A DNA stretch of 64,000 nucleotides from Candidatus Poribacteria bacterium (GCA_963663765.2 CAXXUA010000005.1:768001-832000); one strand, 5' to 3'. Counted from the first letter of the stretch, positions 19,415 through 30,252 are shown. The notes: generated by a model from the sequence alone, not told the origin. Made by a program: numbers and translations.

Positions 19415-20087
19415 TTACTTTCTCCTTATCAAAATTTAAAAATTGATACGGCTCAATACCAGCATCATCAAAACTAATTACTTTTAGATTCTTCTCTTTA
19501 ATGACATCTTCCACGTATTTAGACATATTAAAGGAAGGTGAACGCCACTGTTTCTCTGACGGTTCGTAATCGGAATCCCATAGAATTTCTTGAATGTATG
19601 TATCTATTACTTCTCCATCCTTTCCACACCTTGTTTTCTTATGTAAATACACAGCATCTTGAAAAATAGGATAAATTTTACCGTGCAAAAAACCTGCACC
19701 GACCGCGTATTTTCCTTGTTCCTTCCATATTTTTAACTTAACACGTGCTATCAATTCAAAATTAGGGTTATCAGTGTAATAACGCCACCGAAATTTCTTA
19801 TCGGGATAATCATCTGGTACTGCTGGAAGCGGTCCGAAACCGTTCGGTGACAATGACTCCGCTGCTGTTTTTGAGTCGTCCTTTGATTGTTTTTTATCAT
19901 TAACTGTATTCTTTGAAGAGTCTTTTTGTTTTCCCGATGTAGGTACTGGGTTTTCAACAAGCGAACTATCTGAGAGTTCTGACTTGCTGTCTGAATTGTG
20001 ATGATACTTTAAGACACCGACTAAAACGAAGAACATCAGGAGAACTACCGAACTGATAAACCATTTATTACTCATGAGGTTACGCAT
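19407..20087 (-). CDS. Lineage-specific membrane-anchored protein (SPNGFGPLP...GIEPYQFL family)
   Basis: Paralog of 18017-18772; GGAGG RBS. Confidence 0.8.
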   Translation of the reverse strand: MRNLMSNKWFISSVVLLMFFVLVGVLKYHHNSDSKSELSDSSLVENPVPTSGKQKDSSKNTVNDKKQSKDDSKTAAESLSPNGFGPLPAVPDDYPDKKFRWRYYTDNPNFELIARVKLKIWKEQGKYAVGAGFLHGKIYPIFQDAVYLHKKTRCGKDGEVIDTYIQEILWDSDYEPSEKQWRSPSFNMSKYVEDVIKEKNLKVISFDDAGIEPYQFLNFDKEKVNE

Positions 20088-20591
20088 CGCCTAAAACCTC
20101 CGATTGTTGTTTGAACCTACAAGGAACAGGACTAATATAATAACCACCAATACCAAGAATATTCTGTTTTTTGGAATAGGTGCATATAAGTGATTTACCT
20201 TCAATTATATGTACATAAAAAAAAATGCAAGTTTTTTTTCAAATTTTATCATAATATCATAAATTTACACGCAATTCACTTTATTGTTTCTACAGCGTAT
20301 CTCAAGAATACAATTTTGTCCAAAATCACCGAATCGCGTGTGAGGTAAATCGGGGTTACAAACCCCTCCTACGATTTATGAGATAGGTTGTAGAACTTAC
20401 ACATTCTTGACGATTTTTTCAATAATTATATCAAAAATGGTATAATTTCATAAGATTAAACCCCATCTTTAATTGGGTGTTTTTCAGACAAACCATGTTT
20501 TTCTGTTTCAACTGACAGGATTTTTTCTTGCAATACATCAAATATTTTGCAATAATACTTATAGGAATTAAAAAGTTGGAAGGAGTACGAA

Positions 20592-21353
20592 ATGATCAGT
20601 TGTGACTATCATATTCATACACAACTTTCCGGATGTGCTGACAACGAATTAAGTGTAAAGAAGATTATTCAATTTCAACAAGACCTTGGTATAGAAGCAA
20701 TTGGAATTACCGATCACGACTACAGTTACAAGTCTAAAGTAAAGACAATTCAAGCTGCACAACAAGCAATAAAGGAAGCTGACCCAGCAATTAAAGTGCA
20801 CTTTGGCGTGGAATCACAGATGTTGGAATATCAGGTCACCTCAATTACCATCCGTCTGGCATCATATTTTGATTATGTCCTGATGGCTCCAAATCACTAT
20901 CATCTCCGCGGCGTTGCACAACCGAGAAGTTTCCGAGACCCACGTAGAGTTGCACTTCATGAAATCTATATGTTTGAGGCGGCGGTTGCATGTCCTATGA
21001 CCGATGCAGTTGTTCATCCTTTCCTCCTATCCCCACGTATTTTCCAGTTTTCAACAGAAGAACTCTCTGCTTTCGGACAAGAAATGATGCGCAATATTGA
21101 ACAGAAGCGGTTAATCTACCAACTTGATCTCGCTTCTCAACGCGGACTCGGTATAGAAATCAGTCCCAAAATGGTTCGTTACAATCAACTGCATCTGGTG
21201 GAATTTTACAAACTCTGTTTGGAAAGAGATGTGAAATTGCTTATTGGAAGTGATGCACATAACCTAAAGCAGTTGGAAGAACTATCACTGCTGGCACCGA
21301 TTTTGGAAGAATTAGGTGTTACTGAAGAACATCTTTGGAATCCAAAAGAATAG
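20592..21353 (+). CDS. PHP-domain metallophosphoesterase
   Basis: DYHIHT, GITDHD, IGSDAH. Confidence 0.9.
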   Translation: MISCDYHIHTQLSGCADNELSVKKIIQFQQDLGIEAIGITDHDYSYKSKVKTIQAAQQAIKEADPAIKVHFGVESQMLEYQVTSITIRLASYFDYVLMAPNHYHLRGVAQPRSFRDPRRVALHEIYMFEAAVACPMTDAVVHPFLLSPRIFQFSTEELSAFGQEMMRNIEQKRLIYQLDLASQRGLGIEISPKMVRYNQLHLVEFYKLCLERDVKLLIGSDAHNLKQLEELSLLAPILEELGVTEEHLWNPKE

Positions 21354-21382
21354 CAATATGTAAACAGAACAGATACCTAAGT

Positions 21383-22033
21383 TTATTTTATTTTTTCCAA
21401 AGTACAGTGGATGTGTCCTGTTCGCACCCAACCTTCTGGACGTAGTTCCATCCTACCATAACGTGTTAACTGAAGTATATCCTTCATTCCAGTTTCATCT
21501 TGTGAAAAGGTGACACTGACCCCTGGTATTAGAGCACGGGAAAATGGCACATCGCTCTTCTCAGGTTTCGCTGCTTCACCCCATAGAAAACGTTCCATCG
21601 TTTCACCTTCACGACGTGTGAACTTTAGGACAGGATATAGTTTTTCACCGTAGAGTAAGCTATCGATTTTGTAATCACCTTCTACAGCCAAAGTGCCGTT
21701 TCTGCCTTTGTACCCATAGCGAGCATACTCTCTAAAGAACTCAAGTGTCAGATGTTGTCGGGTAGATGCAGCAAGCGAGACTTGGATGGCTAACTTCGAC
21801 GCAATGTCATCACCTTCCTCATAAGTGAGACTTACCAACTTCCATTTGCCAATCAATTGATCTTGAACGGCAAATTCATGCGTCCGTTTGTCTTGCTGTT
21901 GACGGATTTCCCCGTAAGACTTAAGCAAATTCTCACGCTCGGTTTGGGTCTTTTGGGTTGTATGCACAGTCTCGCTTATACTACAACTATAAAAAATAAG
22001 GAACACTGCACACAGAATTGTTATCTGTTTCAT
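21383..22033 (-). CDS. Hypothetical lipoprotein
   Basis: Lipobox-like FYSC. Confidence 0.65.
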   Translation of the reverse strand: MKQITILCAVFLIFYSCSISETVHTTQKTQTERENLLKSYGEIRQQQDKRTHEFAVQDQLIGKWKLVSLTYEEGDDIASKLAIQVSLAASTRQHLTLEFFREYARYGYKGRNGTLAVEGDYKIDSLLYGEKLYPVLKFTRREGETMERFLWGEAAKPEKSDVPFSRALIPGVSVTFSQDETGMKDILQLTRYGRMELRPEGWVRTGHIHCTLEKIK

Positions 22034-22038
22034 AATCT

Positions 22039-22791
22039 TTACTCTTCTATGGTGATAGAGACGGTGTTGGATTCCAGTGTGGCTTTGCCCCGAAACGATG
22101 GCAGCGGCAGATAAATGTCCTGCAACTCGTCTTTGTATTTCTCTCTAAGGACATCAATCTGGTCTTGCGTATAACCGATCGCTTCCTTTTTTGCCTCTGG
22201 GGAATATTGTGGGTTCCTGTTATTCTGAATTCTCATAATGTCCTTCTGCAATTCTATTATTTGAGGGTGTTGATCTTCTAAAAACTCATTGTATACCTCT
22301 AACACAATATCAAGTTTTACTGTGTAGTTACCCGCTTGAAGTTCATAATGTGATAGCAAATTCTTTAATGAAACTTTTTGCGATAATTCAGCTTTCATGT
22401 CAAACCCTTGAACGCATCTGATAGATTTAGCATCCTTGTAGAGCGTTTTGAGAGTGTTTGAAATGGGAATCGGTCTTTTCATCTTCACAACAACACCGTT
22501 GCTGTCAGTCAATGTGATTTGCTTAAATGCACTTGGGGCTGTGACGCTTGAAATCGGCACAAGCAGATCATATTTACCATTTTGAATTTTTAGTTCAAGC
22601 GGAATTGAATCTTGCGTTGTATATGTTGTTTTTGGTGTGGAAAGCTCAAGAACCGCAAGAAAACTTTCAGTTTCCTTTTCAGATGAAGATTTACCATCCT
22701 CCATAGGATTTTGTGTTGTTGTCTGCTGACCACCCAGACATCCAAACAAGCATGCAATAAGTAAGATATTTAGCATTATCAATGATTTCAT
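22039..22791 (-). CDS. Hypothetical lipoprotein
   Basis: Lipobox LFGC; AGGAGG RBS. Confidence 0.7.
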   Translation of the reverse strand: MKSLIMLNILLIACLFGCLGGQQTTTQNPMEDGKSSSEKETESFLAVLELSTPKTTYTTQDSIPLELKIQNGKYDLLVPISSVTAPSAFKQITLTDSNGVVVKMKRPIPISNTLKTLYKDAKSIRCVQGFDMKAELSQKVSLKNLLSHYELQAGNYTVKLDIVLEVYNEFLEDQHPQIIELQKDIMRIQNNRNPQYSPEAKKEAIGYTQDQIDVLREKYKDELQDIYLPLPSFRGKATLESNTVSITIEE

Positions 22792-22817
22792 AAAATGTTC
22801 CTCCTAAAAAGTTCAGT

Positions 22818-23906
22818 TTACAATGATTTGAGCGATTTGCCTAATCCTGGCAGCTTAGACACTTCAATAAAACCTTCTGTTATTTGTTCAGGCGGATCAA
22901 CAAGCGTATTACGCCAATCAACTTCACCCCAGGCAAATTCAAGAATACCAAAGTTCGGTGCACTTGCCATACACTGCACACTCGCCGCTGTTGCAACAGG
23001 ACCGCTGGGATTGTGGGGTGTTATCTTTACATTCGTTGTTTCAGCGAGTGTTGAAATCTTCTTCAATCCCAACAACCCACCCACATGTTTTACATCAGGT
23101 AAAATGTAGTCAACGCGCCCGTGTCTTAGCAATTTGTCAAAATCTGTCAACGTGCGTAGTCGTTCACCCGTTGCGATCGGCATGGAGGTAGATTGACTTA
23201 CATGTGCAACTGCATTCAGATCACTCAAAGGCACTGGGTCCTCTATCCAAAATAGGTTCAAATCATCTAATGCTTTTGCGGTTTGTATGATAAGACCCGC
23301 ATTAAACCGACTGTGACAATCTACTAACAGATCGATATCTGGACCGATTGCTGTGCGGATAGTACGAATACGATCTATACCTTCTCGTATTGCAGGTGTA
23401 AGCGTGCCATTAGTGATATTAGATGCCGAAACACCATCAAATGGTGAGCATTTTATTGCAGTGAACCCTTCAGACACTGCTTGCTCAGCATGTTGAGCAA
23501 AACCGAAAGGACTACGGTCTGTCGTTGCACGATTGATGTTTGCATATAACCGAATCCGATGACGACACGTGCCACCCAACAATTGATAACTCGGAACATC
23601 TAACGCTTTCCCCGCTAAATCCCACATCGCCTGTTCAATGCCGCTAACCGCTGTAAGATAGGCGTGCCCCTCATTCTCGCGAAAAAAACGGCTATGAAAT
23701 GATTCTAAATCAAACACATTAAAACCGACAAGTGACGGTTCTAAGGTTGCAATGAAATCCCTAACCTGCTCATCGTTTCTACCGTGGGATGCCTCACCTA
23801 TACCGATGGTGCCATCTTCAACGTGAAGTTTTACAAAAAGCCAATTGCCACGGTGATTTACATGAATGATTTCTGTTTCGATGGACTTGATTTTTAGGCT
23901 GTTCAT
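22818..23906 (-). CDS. Mandelate racemase/galactonate dehydratase-like enolase superfamily protein
   Basis: SGIEQAMWDLAGK, VDCH, WIEDP, ATGE, PHNPSGP. Confidence 0.92.
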   Translation of the reverse strand: MNSLKIKSIETEIIHVNHRGNWLFVKLHVEDGTIGIGEASHGRNDEQVRDFIATLEPSLVGFNVFDLESFHSRFFRENEGHAYLTAVSGIEQAMWDLAGKALDVPSYQLLGGTCRHRIRLYANINRATTDRSPFGFAQHAEQAVSEGFTAIKCSPFDGVSASNITNGTLTPAIREGIDRIRTIRTAIGPDIDLLVDCHSRFNAGLIIQTAKALDDLNLFWIEDPVPLSDLNAVAHVSQSTSMPIATGERLRTLTDFDKLLRHGRVDYILPDVKHVGGLLGLKKISTLAETTNVKITPHNPSGPVATAASVQCMASAPNFGILEFAWGEVDWRNTLVDPPEQITEGFIEVSKLPGLGKSLKSL

Positions 23907-23915
23907 TTGTCAGAC

Positions 23916-24563
23916 TTATGATGTCGCTGCCCATCTCACCGCTTGCGTCAAGAATTTTTGCATACCGATACGTTCAAATGTTCCCGGTCCGTGTCCTAAC
24001 GTGGTATAGAAAACCCTACCCGCACCGTAATCTTTTACCCATGCCATCGGATGTGCTTTCCCAAACCACTCAGCAGTTGCTAATACATGGATTTGCGGCT
24101 CAAAAGCAGAAATGTATATTTCATCTTCTACATCAAAGTCAGAAACACCTTGCGTTGTTGGGTGTTCAGTGTCCTCAATACGTACTGTGAAAGTTGACCC
24201 TGGCGGGTGCCAGTTCGCATGCCCACCAATGAGGTCCACAGCACGTCCACCTATCCACCACGCAGTGCCGTGAATGCCAACTAACCCTTTCCCACCAGAA
24301 ACAAACTGAAACAGCCCATCTTCCTGGTCATGGGTTAAATCGGGGACACGTTTGGATGTACCATCCTTTTGGCGTTCTGAACGTGTAAAGCCAGTACCAA
24401 AAACACACGCATCGTAGTTATCTAAAGAAGAGGACGCTAAAACATCTTTGTCGTCAGTTATCGTCGCAGAAATTTCTGCATCGGCATCAAGAAAACCGTG
24501 AATCACACTTGCACTTGCATTGAAACGATGATTTTCACCAGATAGCACGAGAATTTTTGACAT
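23916..24563 (-). CDS. ThuA-like domain protein
   Basis: GKGLVGIH, DEIY, GRVFYTTLGH. Confidence 0.88.
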   Translation of the reverse strand: MSKILVLSGENHRFNASASVIHGFLDADAEISATITDDKDVLASSSLDNYDACVFGTGFTRSERQKDGTSKRVPDLTHDQEDGLFQFVSGGKGLVGIHGTAWWIGGRAVDLIGGHANWHPPGSTFTVRIEDTEHPTTQGVSDFDVEDEIYISAFEPQIHVLATAEWFGKAHPMAWVKDYGAGRVFYTTLGHGPGTFERIGMQKFLTQAVRWAATS

Positions 24564-24713
24564 AATTGTCTCCTATAAAACTGCAATCGCAGCTGCAGCG
24601 ATGTATTGGTTGCTTGAAACATCTTATGTGCTAAAGTGTAAAGGAAATATAAAATTATGTCAAGGTGTGTAAAGTTTTGCTTCAGAGGCATTCAATTGTA
24701 GAAATTTTCTTAA

Positions 24714-26478
24714 TTATGGTAAATTATGGAATTAATTACACACATGCACAGGTAGGAGCGACCTCCTGGTCGCGACCGTATGGGGACCATGTATCAAAAC
24801 AGTCGCGATCGGGAGGTCGCTCCTACCAAAGAAAAGAATAGGATAATTATACCATTTCAAATAAAGCTTGTCTCATTAAGGAATTCTACTGTTTACTGGC
24901 AGGGGATTACTCTCTTCGGTAGGAGCGACCTCCCGGTCGCGACAGTATGGGGACCATGTATCAAATTACTGGCAGGGGGTTACTCTCTTCGGTAGGAGCG
25001 ACCTCCCGGTCGCGACCGTATCGGGACCATGTATCAAAACAGTCACGACCGGGAGGTCGATCCTACCAAAGAAAAGAATAGGATAATTATACCATTTCAA
25101 ATAAAGCTTGTCTCATTAAGCAATTCTAATGTTTACTGGCAGGGGGTTACTCTCTTCGGTAGGAGCGACCTCCCGGTCGCGACCGTATCGGGACCATGTA
25201 TCAAAACAGTCACGACCGGGAGGTCGATCCTACCAAAGAAAAGAATAGGATGCTTATACCATTTCAAATAAATCTTGTCTCATTAAGCAATTCTAATGTT
25301 TACTGGCAGGGGGTTACTCTCTTCGGTAGGAGCGACCTCCCGGTCGCGACCGTATGGGGACCATGTATCAAAACAGTCACGACCGGGAGGTCGATCCTAC
25401 CAAAGAAAAGAATAGGATAATTATACCATTTCAAATAAAGCTTGTCTCATTAAGCAATTCTAATGTTTACTGGCAGGGGATTACTCTCTTCGGTAGGAGC
25501 GACCTCCCGGTCGCGACAGTATGAGGACCATGTATCAAAACAGTCCCGACCAGGAGGTCGCTCCTACCAAAGAAAAGAATAGGATAATTATACCAGTTCA
25601 AATAAAGCTTGTCTCATTAAGGAATTCTAATGTTTACTGGCAGGGGGTTACTCTCTTCGGTAGGAGCGACCTCCCGGTCCCGACCGTATGAGAACCATGT
25701 ATCAAAACAGTCCCGACCAGGAGGTCGATCCTACCAAAGAAAAGAATAGGATAATTATACCATTTCAAATAAAGCTTGTCTCATTAAGCAATTCTAATGT
25801 TTACTGGCAGGGGGTTACTCTCTTCGGTAGGAGCGACCTCCCGGTCGCGACAGTATGAGGACCATGTATCAAAACAGTCACGACCAGGAGGTCGATCCTA
25901 CCAAAGAAAAGAATAGGATAATTATACCATTTTCATGTGATAATGTCTCATTAGCAGCGGAAATCTGGTAGGAGCGACCTACCGGTCGCGACCGTATGAG
26001 GACCATGTATCAAAACAGTCACGACCAGGAGGTCGATCCTACCAAAGAAAAGAATAGGATAATTATACCATTTCAAATAAATCTTGTCTCATTAAGCAAT
26101 TCTAATGTTTACTGGCAGGGGATTACTCTCTTCGGTAGGAGCGACCTACCGGTCGCGACAGTATGGGGACCATGTATCAAATTACTGGCAGGGGGTTACT
26201 CTCTTCGGTAGGAGCGACCTCCCGGTCGCGACAGTATGAGGACCATGTATCAAAACAGTCACGACCGGGAGGTCGATCCTACCAAAGAAAAGAATAGGAT
26301 GCTTATACCATTTCAAATAAATCTTGTCTCATTAAGCAATTCTAATGTTTACTGGCAGGGGATTACTCTCTTCGGTAGGAGCGACCTCCCGGTCGCGACA
26401 GTGAGGTCCCTCCTACCAGATTTCCGCTGCTCCAGATTTCCGCTGCTAATGAGACATTATCAGATGAAAATGGTATAA
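24714..26478. repeat. Tandem array of ~167-bp REP-doublet/MITE hybrid units
   Basis: GGTAGGAGCGACC starts at 24751, 24918, 24991, 25158, 25325, 25492, 25659, 25826, 25967, 26134, 26207, 26374. Confidence 0.95.
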
Positions 26479-26558
26479 GATGTTCGTTACCACAATTGTA
26501 CCTCCTTCGTTAATATATTTCTGGTCAATTTAACAGATTGAGTAAAGTATTTTTTGCA

Positions 26559-26696
26559 TTATAGTAGATTTTAGAATTATTTTTATACTTTCAGGTGTAG
26601 GAGGGAACTCCGATTCCCGACTATCAAGACGTTCAGTCGCGATTCGGAGATCGCTCCTACAGAACAAGTGTAAACTTAATTGTATATTTCACTATA
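26559..26696. mobile_element. MITE-like element (TATAGT...ACTATA ends) with REP doublet GTAGGAGGGAACTCCGATTCCCGAC
   Basis: Imperfect inverted ends; same REP at ~53715. Confidence 0.6.
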
Positions 26697-26756
26697 ACTG
26701 ATTTTTCTTTTGTAGTTTGGACAGAGTTTGTGAAACCCATAAACCTACGGTATAAA

Positions 26757-26910
26757 ACCTGAAAATCCTGGTTCAAACAGAATCTCGGATAACACGAATT
26801 TCGCGGATAAGATATAAATCGGAAGATAATTACCATAGAATAAACGTTCTCTAAGGAATACGATCTGATGTATAGGTCTTATCCGCGAAATCCGTGTAAT
26901 CTGTAATTCC
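26757..26910. repeat. Palindromic repeats (CACGAATTTCGCGGATA...TATCCGCGAAATCCGTG; CCTGAAAATCCTGGTTC)
   Basis: Inverted arms at ~26792-26808 and ~26880-26896. Confidence 0.5.
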
Positions 26911-27014
26911 GCACCCAAGCTTGTGTCACCGCAATTCAGACACAAAGGATGGCAGACTTTGCACCCCCTCAATTCATGCGAAAAACCTTCCACACTTTAC
27001 ACTTAATAAATTCC

Positions 27015-27043
27015 TTGACTTTTCCTAAAAGTTTTGGTATCCT
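27015..27043 (+). promoter_or_regulatory. Sigma70-like promoter
   Basis: TTGACT-17bp-TATCCT with extended TG. Confidence 0.5.
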
Positions 27044-27139
27044 TAACAGTATATGATATTCTTAAATGTGTTAAACAATAATATATGGAGTTCTGTATAA
27101 ATAACGCAGACAAAACATTTTGAATGAGGAATAGATTGT

Positions 27140-27916
27140 ATGTTTGATTGGATAAGAAACCGTAGATTTTCAGGTGTTTTAACTGTGTGCGTTCTTTTGA
27201 TAATTACACTGATGTCAAACAGAATATGTTCCGCACAAGACCTCGTTTTACACCTTTCGTTTGAAGAATTGAGAAACGATGTTGCAGAAGATCTCTCAAA
27301 ATTTGGTAATGATGCTACCTTCCATGGAGATGTTGAAATAGTTGATGGTGAGTTTGGAAAAGCAATTCAGTTTGATGGTGCATCTTGGGGTGAAATTCCT
27401 GACGATGATAGTTTAGATATGGTTGATGGTATAACGATTGAAATGTGGGCAAAACTCAACCCCGCAGGTGCTGAACAAACAGGTGTGGAAAAAGGTACAA
27501 CTTGGAAAGCGGGTTTGTATACGCTTGCACCGTACTACCGACAAGGGTCAATCCTCCAATTCTTTGATTTACCAGAACATTGTGACGACGAAAACATCGG
27601 TGGGAATATACAAGACGAAGATTGGCATTTTATTGCAGGCACATGGGATGGAACTACAATCAAATTGTATATTGATGGTGAACTCAACAAAGAATTGGAA
27701 TGTGAAGGAACACTTACTGGTAATGATGACCCACTTTTTATTGGGGCACGCGGAGGAAGCGAACGTTTTGTCAACGGTGCACTTGATGAAATTAAAATGT
27801 ACAACTATCCGCTAACAGAAGAGGAACTCAAAATAGATATGGATAACCCTCATGCAATGAGTGTTGACCCTCAAGACAAATTAACAACAACATGGGCAAA
27901 TATCAAAAAGAAATAA
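27140..27916 (+). CDS. Secreted LamG-like jellyroll protein
   Basis: WHFIAGTWDG..KLYIDG, LDEIKMYN; C-terminal VDPQDKLTTTWANIK. Confidence 0.9.
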   Translation: MFDWIRNRRFSGVLTVCVLLIITLMSNRICSAQDLVLHLSFEELRNDVAEDLSKFGNDATFHGDVEIVDGEFGKAIQFDGASWGEIPDDDSLDMVDGITIEMWAKLNPAGAEQTGVEKGTTWKAGLYTLAPYYRQGSILQFFDLPEHCDDENIGGNIQDEDWHFIAGTWDGTTIKLYIDGELNKELECEGTLTGNDDPLFIGARGGSERFVNGALDEIKMYNYPLTEEELKIDMDNPHAMSVDPQDKLTTTWANIKKK

Positions 27917-27935
27917 TTTATACTCAAAAGGATTA

Positions 27936-28619
27936 TTGATGAAAACGACGGTATACTTACTATCACTATTTACTGTTTTACTAACCATCATAAGTTGCAC
28001 ACCGCAATTAAGTGATCAGCCTACAGAAAAGGAACCTGTCACAACAAAGACACAGGAACCTGTTATAAATACAGAGAAGGAACCTGTCGAAAAAAAGGAA
28101 CAGGAATCTGTTACAAAAACAGAGAAGGAGACTGTTGAAATAAAGGAACAGGTCGCAGTTATTACAACTGAAAAGGGAACAATCGTGATCGAATTCTATA
28201 CCGAGTCTGCCCCTAAGGCAGTTGAAAACTTCAAAAAACTGATCAACAACAAGTTTTACGATGGATTGATATTTCATCGTATAGAGAATTACCCCGGTTT
28301 GAATATTGTTCAGGGAGGTTGTCCTAATGGAGATGGATTTGGTGGTCCTGGTTGGACGATTGTAGATGAATATACAAATCCGAACCAGCGGAAACACATC
28401 AGAGGCACAATCGCTATGGCGCGATCACAATTACCGAATTCTTCTGGAAGCCAGTTTTACATCTGTCTGAAGCCGCAACCTCATCTTGATGGACAATATA
28501 CCACTTTCGGGGGTGTCATAAAAGGAATGGAGGTCGTTGACACATTAGTTGTTGGCGATACCATGACAACAATCCGATTGGAGGCAAAGTCAAATTATGT
28601 TAAGGCAACAGAGAACTAA
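27936..28619 (+). CDS. Cyclophilin-type peptidyl-prolyl isomerase, lipoprotein
   Basis: FYDGLIFHR, QGGCP, AMAR, GSQFYI, HLDGQYTTFG; 8-aa linker repeats. Confidence 0.93.
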   Translation: MMKTTVYLLSLFTVLLTIISCTPQLSDQPTEKEPVTTKTQEPVINTEKEPVEKKEQESVTKTEKETVEIKEQVAVITTEKGTIVIEFYTESAPKAVENFKKLINNKFYDGLIFHRIENYPGLNIVQGGCPNGDGFGGPGWTIVDEYTNPNQRKHIRGTIAMARSQLPNSSGSQFYICLKPQPHLDGQYTTFGGVIKGMEVVDTLVVGDTMTTIRLEAKSNYVKATEN

Positions 28620-29274
28620 CCTATTTTCCATCACACTCGTATTATTCGTTTGTTTGTCCATGATCTTTCTGTTCAGTTGTTCTCCGCAAGAAGAAAAGGA
28701 AGCGGATACCGCTACTGATCAAACTGATACCACAGCTGAATCCGATACTGAACAAACAGTCATTACAGAAGCACCTGAAACTGAGGAAACTGAATCCGAA
28801 GCCACACCTCAGATAGAAGCTGCTAACGCAATCGCAGTCATTGAAACAGACAAAGGCAACATTGAGTTTGAGTTCTTTGCAACAGACGCACCGAACGCAT
28901 CAAAGAACTTTATCAAGAACGCAAGCATGGGATATTATAAAACTTCTTCCTTTCATACTGTGGAAGATCTTCATGTACAAGCGGGTTCTGATTTTATTGA
29001 TGAAACACTTCCATTTGAAAAAAGCGAACAAGCACTTGAAAAAGGCATTGTCGTACAAGTGGCGAACGAAGATGGGGGAAGTGTCTCAGACGGTGAAGAA
29101 TTTCTAATCTGTAAAGATGTCGTTGAACTTGATGATGACTATACTGTCCTTGGAAAAGTTATCAGCGGATTAGAGATATTAGACAGTATTGAAAAAGATG
29201 ATAAGATTGTGAACATCACAATACGTGAACGTGAAACAGAGAACGAAACAGAGAGCGATGAAGAAAGTAAGTAA
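28597..29274 (+). CDS. Degenerate cyclophilin-like lipoprotein
   Basis: IETDKGNI, DAPNASKNF, YTVLGKVISG; catalytic FHR is FHT. Confidence 0.75.
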   Translation: MLRQQRTNLFSITLVLFVCLSMIFLFSCSPQEEKEADTATDQTDTTAESDTEQTVITEAPETEETESEATPQIEAANAIAVIETDKGNIEFEFFATDAPNASKNFIKNASMGYYKTSSFHTVEDLHVQAGSDFIDETLPFEKSEQALEKGIVVQVANEDGGSVSDGEEFLICKDVVELDDDYTVLGKVISGLEILDSIEKDDKIVNITIRERETENETESDEESK

Positions 29275-29334
29275 TTAATGAGACGGTCAAGTATCTATTG
29301 ACCGTCCACTCTTGAATACTGAAAGGAAAATCGA

Positions 29335-29703
29335 ATGGCGTTAACAGTTATACGGACGGCACGACCAAGTCCCGTTTGGCAAGAGAGTTATGTACGCGTA
29401 GAAAAAGGGCAACGTATCATTATTGATGCTGATGGTGCATGGTCGCCAGACTTGCAAAATCGAACGGGTTGGTGTGGTGCTGATGGTGTACCGAAAACAC
29501 CCGGCGGTGGCAACTATCTCCTTCCCGGAACTAATATCGGTGCCTTAATCGCAAAAATTGGAAGTGCCGTTTTCGCTGTCGGGTCACGTTATGATAATCC
29601 TGCCCCCGCAGATGGTGTTATTTTCCTCGCCATGAATGAAAACCCGAACAATAACAACCAAGCGGGAAGTCTGCTTGCACAAATTATCGTCTTAGACGAA
29701 TAA
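29335..29703 (+). CDS. LecA/PA-IL-like lectin-fold protein
   Basis: WQES..V..GQ.I.I.A.GAW, GALIAKIG, FAVG, IFLAMNE pattern. Confidence 0.6.
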   Translation: MALTVIRTARPSPVWQESYVRVEKGQRIIIDADGAWSPDLQNRTGWCGADGVPKTPGGGNYLLPGTNIGALIAKIGSAVFAVGSRYDNPAPADGVIFLAMNENPNNNNQAGSLLAQIIVLDE

Positions 29704-29790
29704 TTATACTCTTGAAACACACAAAATAATATCTATAAACAAACTGAAGTATCATTCATCGGAACCCTTGCGTCAAATCAGGAGAGATAC

Positions 29791-30183
29791 ATGGAAGAAA
29801 ATACAAATGAGGAAGAAATCCAACTCCCACCGGTTGATTTTATAACTTTTGTTACTGACCTAATCACTACCGCGCATCTCTATCTTCAGGGATTTCGGAA
29901 CCCAGAAACTGAAGAAGTGATTGTCAATCTTGAATATGCAAAACGAATGATTGATACCTTAGAGATGCTTGAACAAAAAACAAAAGGAAACTTGTCCGCC
30001 CCGGAAACCAATTTTTTAACTAACTCTCTTTACGAACTTAGAATGGGATATGTTCGTGTTGTCAATAGCCAGAAAAATGCTTTTGATCAGGATACATCAA
30101 CTGACAAGGAAGCAGCGCAAGAAGACAGAACTCCTCCTGAAGCAGAAGAAACACTAAACGAAGAAGTAAACAGTAATACCTGA
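29791..30183 (+). CDS. DUF1844 family protein
   Basis: DFITFV, AKRMIDTLEMLEQKTKGNL, LYELRM. Confidence 0.85.
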   Translation: MEENTNEEEIQLPPVDFITFVTDLITTAHLYLQGFRNPETEEVIVNLEYAKRMIDTLEMLEQKTKGNLSAPETNFLTNSLYELRMGYVRVVNSQKNAFDQDTSTDKEAAQEDRTPPEAEETLNEEVNSNT

Positions 30184-30252
30184 TTATAGGTTCTGTCAGG
30201 TTATGGACAACTATTTTTGAGTTTGACATAGGCGGAGTCGCAGCGGAGGATA

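Noticed and set aside
21351-21380. TAG read-through (pyrrolysine) in the PHP gene
   Set aside because: Adds only eight residues after a complete domain; no catalytic position involved
24714-26478. CRISPR array or repeated small ORFs
   Set aside because: Inter-repeat sequence is itself repeated; the ORFs are by-products of the 167-bp unit
29282-29306. Intrinsic terminator GACGGTCAA...TTGACCGTC
   Set aside because: A hairpin is present but has no U-tract and lies inside a likely operon; role unclear
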